Assembly: GCA_964291415.2 (NCBI GenBank) | Contig: OZ219920.1 | Location: 1,536,001 to 1,600,000 of the forward strand | DNA: 64,000 nt | From: Alphaproteobacteria bacterium | GTDB taxonomy: Bacteria; Pseudomonadota; Alphaproteobacteria; SP197 | Direction: 5' to 3' | Shown here: piece after piece, positions 19,929 to 29,395 of the stretch | How the letters are laid out: every line of letters begins with the position of its first letter | Position numbering within the stretch: the stretch's first letter is position 1 | Program-made: the position numbers and the translations under genes | The notes under the pieces: generated by a model | The model's input: only the letters and a program-made list of their open reading frames with translations | Told to the model about the DNA's origin: nothing | The model's database searches: none

Positions 19929-19981
19929 TATACTGGCGAACCATACTTGTCATCCACGAACACCGAGAGAGGGCTGGTTTC

Positions 19982-21922
19982 ATGCGCTGCCACTACACCG
20001 CCATGCTGTCGCACTTCCTGATCCTTGCCCTCCTGGCATCTCCCTTCGCCATGGCAGCGGCGGATACCGCCAACAGCAGTCACGACTCCTGGAGCGGCCA
20101 GGTGGCCCATGTCTACGGCACCCGCGTGGTCGATCTCGACGGCAATGTTCACCGCATCGGGACCGACGCCGGTGTCCAGCCGGTGGTTCTCCTGTTCATG
20201 AACGCCTTCTGTCCGGTCTCCAGCCGCTACGCTCCCGAATTCAACGAACTTTCCGCGTTTGCCGATGCGCATGGCGCCTCCCTGTACGGTGTCATGTCGG
20301 GGCCCTACCTGACGGTGGGCGAAGCCAGGAACTTCGTGGCTGACCACGGATTCGACTTTCCTGTCATCTTCGATCCCTCCGGTGATCTTGCCCTGCGCCT
20401 CAACCCCCTCGTCACCCCTGAGGCCTTTGTCGTCGATACCAGGGATGATGTCATCTACCGGGGCCGCATCGATGACCGCTTCGAAGCGATCGGCGTCCTG
20501 CGCAACCAGATCACCAGCCACGACCTCAAGGATGCCATCGCGACGGTGGGGGCGGATGGTGACCCGCTGCCCCGTTCCACAACTCCTGTCGGCTGCGTGT
20601 TCGAGGGCTGGGAGGCGGACCGCCTGCCGGAATCCGTGACCTACAACCGGGATATCGCCCCCCTGCTCGCGGCCAACTGCACGGAGTGCCACAGGGACGG
20701 CAGCATCGCCCCCTTCCCTCTCGATACCTATGTCGATGCCAAGCGCCGGGCCCGCATGCTGGCCTTCGTGACCCGCGAGCAGATCATGCCGCCCTGGCGG
20801 GCTGTCGAGGGATTCGGCGCGTTCCGCGACGAACGGCACCTTTCCGGCCGGCAGGTCGCCCTCCTCGCAGCGTGGGCCGAAGCCGGCGCGCCGCTCGGCG
20901 AGGACGTGGAGGCGCTGCCGGAAACGGTGTGGCCGGACCCCACGTGGCGCGTCGGCGAGCCGGATTTGGTGCTCGCCATGGAAGAACCCTTCGCCATTCC
21001 CGCGACCGGTCCCGACATCTACCGGTACTTCGTCATCCCCTTCGAACTCTTCCAGGAACGCGCCATCAGCGCCATCGAGTTCCAGCCCGGCGACGAGCGC
21101 GTCGTTCATCACGCCAACATCTTTGTCGATTACTCGGGCCGGGCGCGCCGCGCCGACGCCAGGGACGACGAACCCGGTTTCTCCGTTTTCGGAACCGGCA
21201 GCTTCTTCGACTACAGCGGCGAAGCGCAAACCTGGGGCATCGGAGGCTGGACGCCCGGCGTCGATCCCTATGCCCTGCCGGACAATCATGCCATGTGGCT
21301 GCCGGCGGGCGCCGGCGACGTCGTGTTCGAGATCCACTATCATCTCAACGGCAAGGCCACCGAGGACCGCAGCCGGATCGGTCTCACGTTCGCCGACGGA
21401 CCCGTCGCCCACTGGGTTGACGGGCTCGTGATCGGCACGCAGCAACTCGCGATTCCTCCGGAGTCGGACACCTACTGGCGCCACGTCCGGATGGAGGTTC
21501 CGGCGCCGTTGACCCTTGTCGACATCATGCCGCACATGCACTACCTGGGCGCCGAGGCGAAGGCGATCGCGACACTCCCGGACGGCACGCAGATACCACT
21601 GGTCCATGTCGAGGAATGGGATCTCAGGTGGCAGAACATCTACTTCTTCCGCGAACCCGTCCGCCTGCCCGCCGGCAGCACGATCGACGGCTGGATACGG
21701 TTCGACAACACGTCGGCCAATCCCTACAACCCGACGCTGCCTCCGAAGACCGTGACGTGGGGCTGGGGATCGGACGAGGAGATGATGGAATTCTGGATCA
21801 GCTTCGTGCTCGACGACTGGCGTGAGCGCGACCGCGTGATCAATGCATCATGGGAAACCTGGTCCGAAAATCCCCGATGGGACGGGCCGGTGCCGGATCT
21901 GGCCGATCTCAACCTGCGCTGA
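19982..21922 (+). CDS. Secreted redoxin + heme-c + copper type II monooxygenase-like fusion protein
   Basis: Signal peptide; FCPVS, TPEAFV, YRGRIDD redoxin; CTECH heme motif; VVHHA, EIHYH, PHMH, EEMM copper-ligand motifs. Confidence 0.8.
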   Translation: MRCHYTAMLSHFLILALLASPFAMAAADTANSSHDSWSGQVAHVYGTRVVDLDGNVHRIGTDAGVQPVVLLFMNAFCPVSSRYAPEFNELSAFADAHGASLYGVMSGPYLTVGEARNFVADHGFDFPVIFDPSGDLALRLNPLVTPEAFVVDTRDDVIYRGRIDDRFEAIGVLRNQITSHDLKDAIATVGADGDPLPRSTTPVGCVFEGWEADRLPESVTYNRDIAPLLAANCTECHRDGSIAPFPLDTYVDAKRRARMLAFVTREQIMPPWRAVEGFGAFRDERHLSGRQVALLAAWAEAGAPLGEDVEALPETVWPDPTWRVGEPDLVLAMEEPFAIPATGPDIYRYFVIPFELFQERAISAIEFQPGDERVVHHANIFVDYSGRARRADARDDEPGFSVFGTGSFFDYSGEAQTWGIGGWTPGVDPYALPDNHAMWLPAGAGDVVFEIHYHLNGKATEDRSRIGLTFADGPVAHWVDGLVIGTQQLAIPPESDTYWRHVRMEVPAPLTLVDIMPHMHYLGAEAKAIATLPDGTQIPLVHVEEWDLRWQNIYFFREPVRLPAGSTIDGWIRFDNTSANPYNPTLPPKTVTWGWGSDEEMMEFWISFVLDDWRERDRVINASWETWSENPRWDGPVPDLADLNLR

Positions 21923-22015
21923 GACGGCGGACCTTCCCCTGGTCCTGGCGAACAAGGGCACGCTCCTTGATTCATGACCTGAGGGCGAAGCAATCCAATG
22001 GGTGAGACCCGGGGA

Positions 22016-23305
22016 TCAGGTCCAGGTCGGCGGCGTCTCCCGCAGATCGAGACGGTCGCGCATGACGCCGGAGACGAGATACCAGGTGAGACCGAACTGG
22101 CGCAGGCCGTGATGGGGGACGAGGTCCAGCGGCTCCACGGGCATGTCGGTCTCCTCGCCAAGAACAAGACGTGTGAGCTGCGTGCCGAACATCGAACTCA
22201 TGGCCACACCGCGCCCGTTGAAACCCAGACCGGCGTGAGCGTTCCGGGCGAGCCGGAAGAGACGCGGCGTGTGGTCGGGCGTCAACGCCACCCGGCCGCC
22301 CCATCGGTGGGTCCAGGCGACGCCTTCGAGCGCCGGGAAGATCGCCGTGGCCATCCTCTGCAGGTGTGTGACCGACCCTGGCTCCGCACCGTTCGTGAAG
22401 TTGCCGCGGCCGCCCATGACGAATCGATCGTCCCGATCGAGCCGGAAGTAGTGAAGCGTGCGGCGGGTCTCCGCGACCGCATGACGACCAGGCAGGATGA
22501 CTGCGCGGCGTGTCTCGTCCAGGGGCTCGGTCGCGGCGATGAAACTGGTGACGGGTACCACGGAGCGCTCGAGTCCGGGCCATAACCGGTCGGTATAGCC
22601 ATTCGTGCAGAGCAGCAGATGCTCGGCCTCGACTTCGCCACCGGCGGCCACCAGTCGCCAGCCGGCGCCGTGTGCATGAACGCTGTGGGCGCGGGTCCGG
22701 CCATGAACGATGGCGCCCTTGGCGACGGCCGCACGCGCCAGACCTCGAGCGTAGGACAGGGGCTGCACGTGACCGCCGCGAGGATCGTGCATGCCCATAT
22801 GGTAGTAGTCCGTTCCGATGAGGTCCGTCAGGGCGGCGCGTTCCAGGCGTTCGACCTTCACGCCCAGTTCGCCCCATTCCCGGGACCACGCCTCGAGGAA
22901 GGCCTTGCCGTGGCGGCCAAGCCCGGCGCTGACCAGACCGGGGCGCTCGTGATCGCAGGTGATGCCGTGGCGGTCAATCAGGTCGAACACGAGATCCGTC
23001 GCCCGGTCGAGCATGGCCAGCACGGCCGGCGTCGCATTGCCGCCATACTTTGCCGCAATCTCCGAGGGCAGCATGCGCCAGCCCGGGTTGACCTGACCGC
23101 CGTTTCGCCCCGAGGCGCCCCAGCCCGGTTCACCGGCTTCCAGCACGATCACCCGTTTGCCGGCCTCGGCAAGGTGGAGTGCCGCCGACAGCCCGGTAAA
23201 GCCGCCACCGACGATGGCGACATCCGCACCGGTCTCTCCGGCAAGGGGTGGCGTGTCGATGGCCGGCGCCGCGCTTGCGGCCCACAGACTCTCCGGCAGC
23301 TTCAT
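22016..23305 (-). CDS. FAD-dependent oxidoreductase (DAO/PuuB-like)
   Basis: VGGGFTGLSAALHL, GASGRNGG, CTNGY, GFNGRGV. Confidence 0.88.
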   Translation of the reverse strand: MKLPESLWAASAAPAIDTPPLAGETGADVAIVGGGFTGLSAALHLAEAGKRVIVLEAGEPGWGASGRNGGQVNPGWRMLPSEIAAKYGGNATPAVLAMLDRATDLVFDLIDRHGITCDHERPGLVSAGLGRHGKAFLEAWSREWGELGVKVERLERAALTDLIGTDYYHMGMHDPRGGHVQPLSYARGLARAAVAKGAIVHGRTRAHSVHAHGAGWRLVAAGGEVEAEHLLLCTNGYTDRLWPGLERSVVPVTSFIAATEPLDETRRAVILPGRHAVAETRRTLHYFRLDRDDRFVMGGRGNFTNGAEPGSVTHLQRMATAIFPALEGVAWTHRWGGRVALTPDHTPRLFRLARNAHAGLGFNGRGVAMSSMFGTQLTRLVLGEETDMPVEPLDLVPHHGLRQFGLTWYLVSGVMRDRLDLRETPPTWT

Positions 23306-23382
23306 CACGGATTCCCCCGATCCAAAGGGCAGTCTAGTCTGCACACCGGATCCGGGACCAGACCGACGAACCTGGAGGAACC

Positions 23383-24876
23383 ATGACCACCCCTCCCAAC
23401 ATCCTTCTTGTCATGATGGATCAGCTCGCCCCCCAGGTGCTGAAGCCCTACGGCGGCACGGTGTGCCGGACGCCCAACCTGGAGCGGCTGGCCGGTGAGG
23501 GCGTCGTGTTCGAAAACGCCTACTGCAACTACCCGATCTGTGCGCCGGCCCGTTTCAGCCTCATGTCGGGCCGCATGCCAAGCCGCATCGGAGCATTTGA
23601 CAACGCAACCGAATTTCCATCCGAGATTCCGACCTTCGCACACTATCTTCGCGCAATGGGGTATCACACCTGCCTCGCCGGCAAGATGCACTTCGTCGGC
23701 GCGGACCAGCTTCACGGTTTCGAGGACCGGGTGACGACCGACGTCTATCCCTCCGACTTCTCGTGGACCAGCAACTGGTCGCTGGACCAGACCTTCTGGG
23801 AACCGGGGCTCAATTCGGTCGAGGCCGTGCTCGATGCGGGACCCAGGCGACGCAGCGTCAACACGAACTACGATGAGGAGGCAACCGTCGAGGCCTGCCG
23901 CTGGCTCTACGATCACGCCGACAGGGCCGACGGCCGGCCCTTCTTCCTGACGGCCAGTTTCATCAGTCCGCACGACCCCTACCTGGCGCCGCCCACCCAC
24001 TGGGACCTCTACGCGGACGACGAAATCGACGATCCCAGGGTCGGCGATATCCCACTCGAAGAGCGTGACCCCCACAGCCGCAGACTGTACTACACGATCG
24101 GCCGCCACATGCAGACGATCGGCCCTGCCGATGTCCGCCGGGCGCGACGCGCATACTATGCCGTGATGACCTGGCTCGATGAGCGCATCGGGCGGATTCT
24201 GGAGACCCTCAAGGCCATCGACGCACGCGACAACACGATCGTCGTCGTGACGGCCGATCACGGGGACATGCTTGGCGAACGCGGCCTGTGGTTGAAGATG
24301 AACTTCTTCGAGTGGTCCGTGCGCGTACCGCTGATCGTGCATGCGCCGCAATTCTATGGTGCGCGCCGGGTCACAGAGAACGTGTCCCTGCTGGATCTCT
24401 TCCCGACCTTCCTGGAGTGGGCCGGCGACGGCGAACTGCCGGAACTGTTCGCGCCGATCGACGGCGCCAGCATCGCCGGGCTGGCCGCGGGGCACGGCGA
24501 CGGCTGGCCCGATATCGTCGGCAGCGAGTTCTGCGGCCAGGGCACTTCCTCTCCGGTGCTGATGATTCGCCGCGAACGCTGGAAGTACATCCAATGCGAG
24601 GATGATCCGCCCCTGCTCTTCGACATCGCGCAGGATCCCGATGAACTCGTCAACCTGGCCGGGACACCGGAGGTCAGCGGCATCGAGACCGATCTTGCCA
24701 GCGAAGTCCGTCGCTGGTGGGATCCTGCGACCCTGAAGGATCGCGTGATCGAGAGTCAGAAGCGCAGGAAGTTCCTTCACGCCGCCCTGTCGGTTGGCCG
24801 TCGCACACCCTGGGACTGGCAACCGGTGCGTGATGCCTCGCGTGAGTACGTGCGTGGCGACTATCCCAGGAACTAA
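23383..24876 (+). CDS. betC: Choline-sulfatase
   Basis: PNILLVMMDQL, CAPAR formylglycine motif, GKMHFVGADQLHGF, TTDVYPSDF, PHDPY, DHGDMLGERGLW. Confidence 0.85.
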   Translation: MTTPPNILLVMMDQLAPQVLKPYGGTVCRTPNLERLAGEGVVFENAYCNYPICAPARFSLMSGRMPSRIGAFDNATEFPSEIPTFAHYLRAMGYHTCLAGKMHFVGADQLHGFEDRVTTDVYPSDFSWTSNWSLDQTFWEPGLNSVEAVLDAGPRRRSVNTNYDEEATVEACRWLYDHADRADGRPFFLTASFISPHDPYLAPPTHWDLYADDEIDDPRVGDIPLEERDPHSRRLYYTIGRHMQTIGPADVRRARRAYYAVMTWLDERIGRILETLKAIDARDNTIVVVTADHGDMLGERGLWLKMNFFEWSVRVPLIVHAPQFYGARRVTENVSLLDLFPTFLEWAGDGELPELFAPIDGASIAGLAAGHGDGWPDIVGSEFCGQGTSSPVLMIRRERWKYIQCEDDPPLLFDIAQDPDELVNLAGTPEVSGIETDLASEVRRWWDPATLKDRVIESQKRRKFLHAALSVGRRTPWDWQPVRDASREYVRGDYPRN

Positions 24877-25109
24877 AGCTGCCGGGCGGCGGAAGACACA
24901 CAGCATGATCGCCACCTCGGCCGCACCCATGTCCACGCTGACGGCCGCTGCATCAACATTGCGGCGTGGCGCGTGACCATGTGCCGGTTTCCGCCTGCTC
25001 CCCTGGTGGATCAGGAACGGCCGTCCTTCATGCCGGGTGCCAACTGGCCTGATCGCCTGCGTGCAGGGTAGGCTGAATCGGCGTATCGGATACGAAACAG
25101 GGGCAAGTC

Positions 25110-26072
25110 TTGAAGGCAGACACCGGAACGAACGAATGGCGCCGCAGTCCGCGCCGGGTGCACGTGCACTTCGACGGCATCCGTGTCGCGGACTCCGAGC
25201 GCACCATGTTGCTCCGTCAGCACGGCTTCCTGCCGGTTTACTACTTCCCCGAAGACGACGTGAAGACCGACCTGCTCGTGGCCACCGACTACACGACCAC
25301 GTCGCCCTACAAGGGCACGGCGAACTATTGGCATCTCGACACCGGATCACGGATCGCGCGCTTCGCCGTATGGCGATACCTGCGGCCGAAGGAGGGATCG
25401 CCCGACACCAGAGGTCACTACGGTTTCGACTGGCACAGCATGGATGCCTGGTGGGAGGAGGACGAACGCCTCCACGTGCACGCGCGCGATCCGTTCCTGA
25501 GGGTGGACGCGGTGCAGAGCGCCCGATCCGTCAGGGTCGAGATCGCCGGACGCACCGTTGCGGAGACGCACCACCCGGTGCTGCTGTTCGAGACCGGTCT
25601 GGTGACGCGCTACTACGTCCCCGCAGAGGACGTGCAGTCCGGACTGTTCGAGCCGAGCGCCACCTACACGCTCTGTCCCTACAAGGGCCGTGCGCGCTAT
25701 CACCATGTCCGGATCGACGGCGCACGGCATGGCGATGCGGCCTGGCAGTATGTCCGCCCCCTGCCCGCGGTGGCGGCCATTGCCGGGCACTTCGCATTCT
25801 GGAGTGAACGCGCCGACACAACGATTGTCGTCGACGGGAAACCCCTCGCCGACAGAGGCGTGCGCTCCGCCGGCGAGGGCGGCGAGTGGCTGCAGCCGTG
25901 GCGTGAGTTCTGGGGTGAGCCCCCGCCGGCTGCAATGAAGGGTGCCGGCACCGGAAAACAGTTGGAAGCCGCGCGTCCCAATGGACGGGCCGAGGGTCCG
26001 CCCGACGGCGTCATGGATCTCGACATCGAACGCGCCGGAGGAGGCCCGGAGGACTGGCTGGGACAGGGATGA
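25110..26072 (+). CDS. Tandem DUF427 domain protein
   Basis: Two repeats carrying YYFP/YYVP and SPYKG/CPYKG; HARDPF linker. Confidence 0.85.
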   Translation: MKADTGTNEWRRSPRRVHVHFDGIRVADSERTMLLRQHGFLPVYYFPEDDVKTDLLVATDYTTTSPYKGTANYWHLDTGSRIARFAVWRYLRPKEGSPDTRGHYGFDWHSMDAWWEEDERLHVHARDPFLRVDAVQSARSVRVEIAGRTVAETHHPVLLFETGLVTRYYVPAEDVQSGLFEPSATYTLCPYKGRARYHHVRIDGARHGDAAWQYVRPLPAVAAIAGHFAFWSERADTTIVVDGKPLADRGVRSAGEGGEWLQPWREFWGEPPPAAMKGAGTGKQLEAARPNGRAEGPPDGVMDLDIERAGGGPEDWLGQG

Positions 26073-26163
26073 GCGGAGGGGTAACTTCTGCCCCCTGACT
26101 GGTACGCCTTGCATGCGTACTCTACGCTGTCGGCGAACCCAGAGCCCGTCAAGGAGCCATGCC

Positions 26164-27960
26164 ATGATCCAGTCACGTCCCGAACTCGTCGGAACCTTCG
26201 GTATGGTGACCACCACTCACTGGCAGGCCAGTGCCGCCGGCATGGCCATGCTGGAACGGGGCGGCAATGCCTTCGATGCGGCGGTGGCGGCCGGCTGTGT
26301 CCTGCATGTGGTCGAACCCGACCAGAACGGCCCTGGCGGCGACGTTCCCCTCATCCTGTGGAGCGAGAAGAGGGGCCGGGTGGACGTCATCTGTGGCCAG
26401 GGGGTGGCGCCGTCGACGATCTCCGGCGAGGCCCTGCGGAACATGGGACTCGATATCATGCCCGGGACCGGACATCTGCCGGTCGTCGTGCCGGGCAGTT
26501 TCGGCGCCTGGATGCTGCTGCTGCGCGACTACGGATGTCTCACGGTCCGCGAGGTTCTCGAACCGGCCATCGCCATCGCCCGAGACGGCTTCCTGCTCAC
26601 GCCGACGGTCGCTTCCGTTCTCCAGGAAGCGCGCGGTTTCATGGAGGAATTCTGGCCGACATCGGCTGAAGCCTACTGTGACGGCACCCTCGAGGCCGGT
26701 GATCTCCATTGCCTGCCCATGCAGGCCCGGACCTGGGAGAGGATCATCGAGGAAGCGGAGGCCGCAGGCGGTGACCGCGAGGCCCAGGTCGAGGCGGCAC
26801 GCAACGCATGGTACGAGGGGTTCGTCGCGGAGGCGATCGACCGGTTCATGCGGGAACCGGTCATGGATTCCAGCGGCGAGGCCCACGCGGGATTTCTCAC
26901 CGGCGACGACCTGGCACGCTGGCGCGCTGCCGTCGAAGATCCGGTGACGCTGGAGTACGGCGATTACACCGTCTGCAAGGCCGGACCCTGGTCGCAGGCC
27001 CCTGTCCTGCTCCAGCAACTCGCCCTCCTCAAGGGCTTCGGCGTGGCGGACATGGACGCGTCGGGACCTGAATTCGTCCACGTGATCCAGGAATGCGCCA
27101 AGCTTGCCCTTGCCGATCGCGAGGCCTTCTACGGCGATCCCGACTTTGTCGACGTGCCGCTTGAACGGCTGCTGTCGGAGGACTACTGCGACGGCCGGCG
27201 CCAGCTCGTCGAGGAAACCGCCAGCATGGAAATGCGCCCCGGGACGATCGACGGATACGGTGGCGCCATCACGCTGAGAGCACTGGGCTCAACCAACATT
27301 GCCCAAGCATCGACCTCTCTCGAGAGCAGCGCCGGATCGAAACCGTGGAGCACTTGGGCCGAATTCGTGGCCCGCCGCCATGGTGATACCTGCCACTTCG
27401 ACATCATCGACCGTCATGGCAACATGATTTCGGGCACGCCTTCGGGCGGCTGGCTCACCGGATCGCCCGCCGTGCCCGGCCTGGGCTTCCCGGTCTCGGT
27501 CAGGGGACAGATGTTCTGGCTCGATGACGCCCATCCCAACAGCCTGCAGCCTGGCAAGCGGCCACGCACCACACTGACCCCGACCCTGGCGCTTCACCAT
27601 GGCGAGCCGCGTCTCGTCTTCGGCACGCCCGGCGGCGACCATCAGGACCAGTGGTCTCTCCATGCCTTCCTGCGCCACGTGGATCACGGCATGACTCTCC
27701 AGGAGTCCCTCGATGCGCCGTCCTTCTATACCGACCACATGCCGAGTTCGTTCTACCCGCGCGAATGGATGCCAGGTCATCTTGCCATCGAGGACCATTT
27801 CCCCCGGTCCACTCTCGAGGATCTTGACCGCAGGGGCCACGATCTCAGGATCTATCCGCGCTGGAGTCACTACAACTCCATGACGATGGCCTCGAAGACA
27901 GGCCGTGTGCTGCGCGCTGCTGCCAGTCCGCGCCGGCAGTGCTACGCCGTCGGCCGCTGA
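26164..27960 (+). CDS. Gamma-glutamyltransferase family protein
   Basis: GGNAFDAAVA, GDTCH (catalytic Thr), PGKRPRTTLTP, FGTPGGD. Confidence 0.9.
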   Translation: MIQSRPELVGTFGMVTTTHWQASAAGMAMLERGGNAFDAAVAAGCVLHVVEPDQNGPGGDVPLILWSEKRGRVDVICGQGVAPSTISGEALRNMGLDIMPGTGHLPVVVPGSFGAWMLLLRDYGCLTVREVLEPAIAIARDGFLLTPTVASVLQEARGFMEEFWPTSAEAYCDGTLEAGDLHCLPMQARTWERIIEEAEAAGGDREAQVEAARNAWYEGFVAEAIDRFMREPVMDSSGEAHAGFLTGDDLARWRAAVEDPVTLEYGDYTVCKAGPWSQAPVLLQQLALLKGFGVADMDASGPEFVHVIQECAKLALADREAFYGDPDFVDVPLERLLSEDYCDGRRQLVEETASMEMRPGTIDGYGGAITLRALGSTNIAQASTSLESSAGSKPWSTWAEFVARRHGDTCHFDIIDRHGNMISGTPSGGWLTGSPAVPGLGFPVSVRGQMFWLDDAHPNSLQPGKRPRTTLTPTLALHHGEPRLVFGTPGGDHQDQWSLHAFLRHVDHGMTLQESLDAPSFYTDHMPSSFYPREWMPGHLAIEDHFPRSTLEDLDRRGHDLRIYPRWSHYNSMTMASKTGRVLRAAASPRRQCYAVGR

Positions 27961-27966
27961 CCCGTT

Positions 27967-29007
27967 TCAGCAGGGGTTGAGCGGCGGCTCGCCGTCGATG
28001 TAGCGCCGCACTTCCTCCGCCATCCGCGTTGCGGCGTCGCGCACGGTCTTGATGGACGCCCCGGCGATATGCGGAGTCAGGACCACGCCCGGGTGGGAGA
28101 GCAGCGGCCACTCCGCCGGCACGGGCTCGACGGCGAAGGTTTCCAGCATTGCTCCCTTGAGGTGCCCGCTGTCGAGGGCATGTGCGAGAGCATCGTAGTC
28201 CACCAGCGGTCCACGGGCCGTATTGACGAACCATGCTCCCCGCTTCATCCGGGCGAAGGCATCCGTGTTCATCAATCCTTCGGTCTGGGGGGTGACTCGA
28301 GCGTGCAGCGTGACGAGGTCCGACTGTTCGAGGAGCGCATCGACATCCACCTGGCGAACCTTGTCATCCATGTCCCCGGGGGGCACGACCACCAACGGGT
28401 CGGCCACAAGAATGCGGCAGTCGAAGGCGCGCAGCAGGCGAACGACGCTGGCGCCGATGTTCCCGTAGCCGATGACGCCGACAGTCATGTCGCAGAGTTC
28501 CATGCCGGCCTCGTCGGCACGGTAGAGGTCACCCCGCCACACACCCTGGCGCAATGCATCGTGTCCTCGGACGATGTTGCGGGTCAGGGCAAGAATCGCA
28601 CCGATGGTGAATTCCGCCACCGCCGACGCATTGCGTCCCGGCGTGTTGACGACACGGATGCCGCGCGTCCGTGCCGCTGCCATGTCGATGTTGACCGGTC
28701 CACCGCGCGAGACGGCAACACACTTCAGTCCGGGCAATCGTTCCATCATGGAGGCCGAAAGAGGAGCGAGATGGGTCACAAGGATCTCGGCGTCGCCAAT
28801 CCTCGCGACGATGTCGTCGGGATCGCCCATGTATTCCTTGAGACCATCCATTCCCGGAACCCGGTAGCCGTGCTCCATGGGCTCGTCGGGCCACGCCAGT
28901 TCGTGAAGCCTTGTCGCGACATGTCTCCCGCAGGCCTCGCGCAGGGCGTCATCGAACATCCATGGGAGCATGAAGCGGTCACCAATAATCGAGACTTTCC
29001 GGGTCAT
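27967..29007 (-). CDS. D-2-hydroxyacid dehydrogenase family protein (polyol catabolism, RbtA-like)
   Basis: VSRGGPVN, PGRNASAVAEF, GYGNIG, NTARG, LTPHIAG. Confidence 0.85.
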   Translation of the reverse strand: MTRKVSIIGDRFMLPWMFDDALREACGRHVATRLHELAWPDEPMEHGYRVPGMDGLKEYMGDPDDIVARIGDAEILVTHLAPLSASMMERLPGLKCVAVSRGGPVNIDMAAARTRGIRVVNTPGRNASAVAEFTIGAILALTRNIVRGHDALRQGVWRGDLYRADEAGMELCDMTVGVIGYGNIGASVVRLLRAFDCRILVADPLVVVPPGDMDDKVRQVDVDALLEQSDLVTLHARVTPQTEGLMNTDAFARMKRGAWFVNTARGPLVDYDALAHALDSGHLKGAMLETFAVEPVPAEWPLLSHPGVVLTPHIAGASIKTVRDAATRMAEEVRRYIDGEPPLNPC

Positions 29008-29168
29008 TGGTTTGCCCCGCGTTTCACGTCGGCGTGCGTACCCCACACGGCAGTCATGTCGCTGTGACATTCGCGCGCCACGTCGATCTCCTTGCCTTCC
29101 AGCGTGAAAGCCACGTCCTTCAACGCCAAGGTGCCGGCATCCATGCCGATGATCACGTCCACATTCAC
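29004..29168 (-). pseudogene. Internally deleted FGGY carbohydrate kinase remnant
   Basis: 54 aa VNVDVIIGMDAGTLALKDVAFTLEGKEIDVAR... carries the FGGY N-terminal motif; stop overlaps the dehydrogenase start (ATGA). Confidence 0.65.
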
Positions 29169-29395
29169 AAGCGTACTGCCGCACGGTCAAAGTCCGGGTC
29201 AAGGTATCCGCACCCGGCCGGAAATGCACCAGCACCACATGGTATCATCGTCGCGGGCGATCGAGCCCGGGACCATCGCCCGTCGGAGGCCCCCGACTGC
29301 GGATGGCCGGCGCAATGTCGCTCGGCGACGAGTAAACCGGGATCGCGACGGGCGGTCACATCGGCTACGGTCCTCTGGACGTCTGGGTGTACTGC

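Noticed and set aside
23331-23340. AGTCTAGTCT, with its reverse complement at 55127-55136, in two divergent promoters
   Set aside because: Only 10 bp; TAGACT also occurs near 6333 and 15696 and is best read as a -10 element
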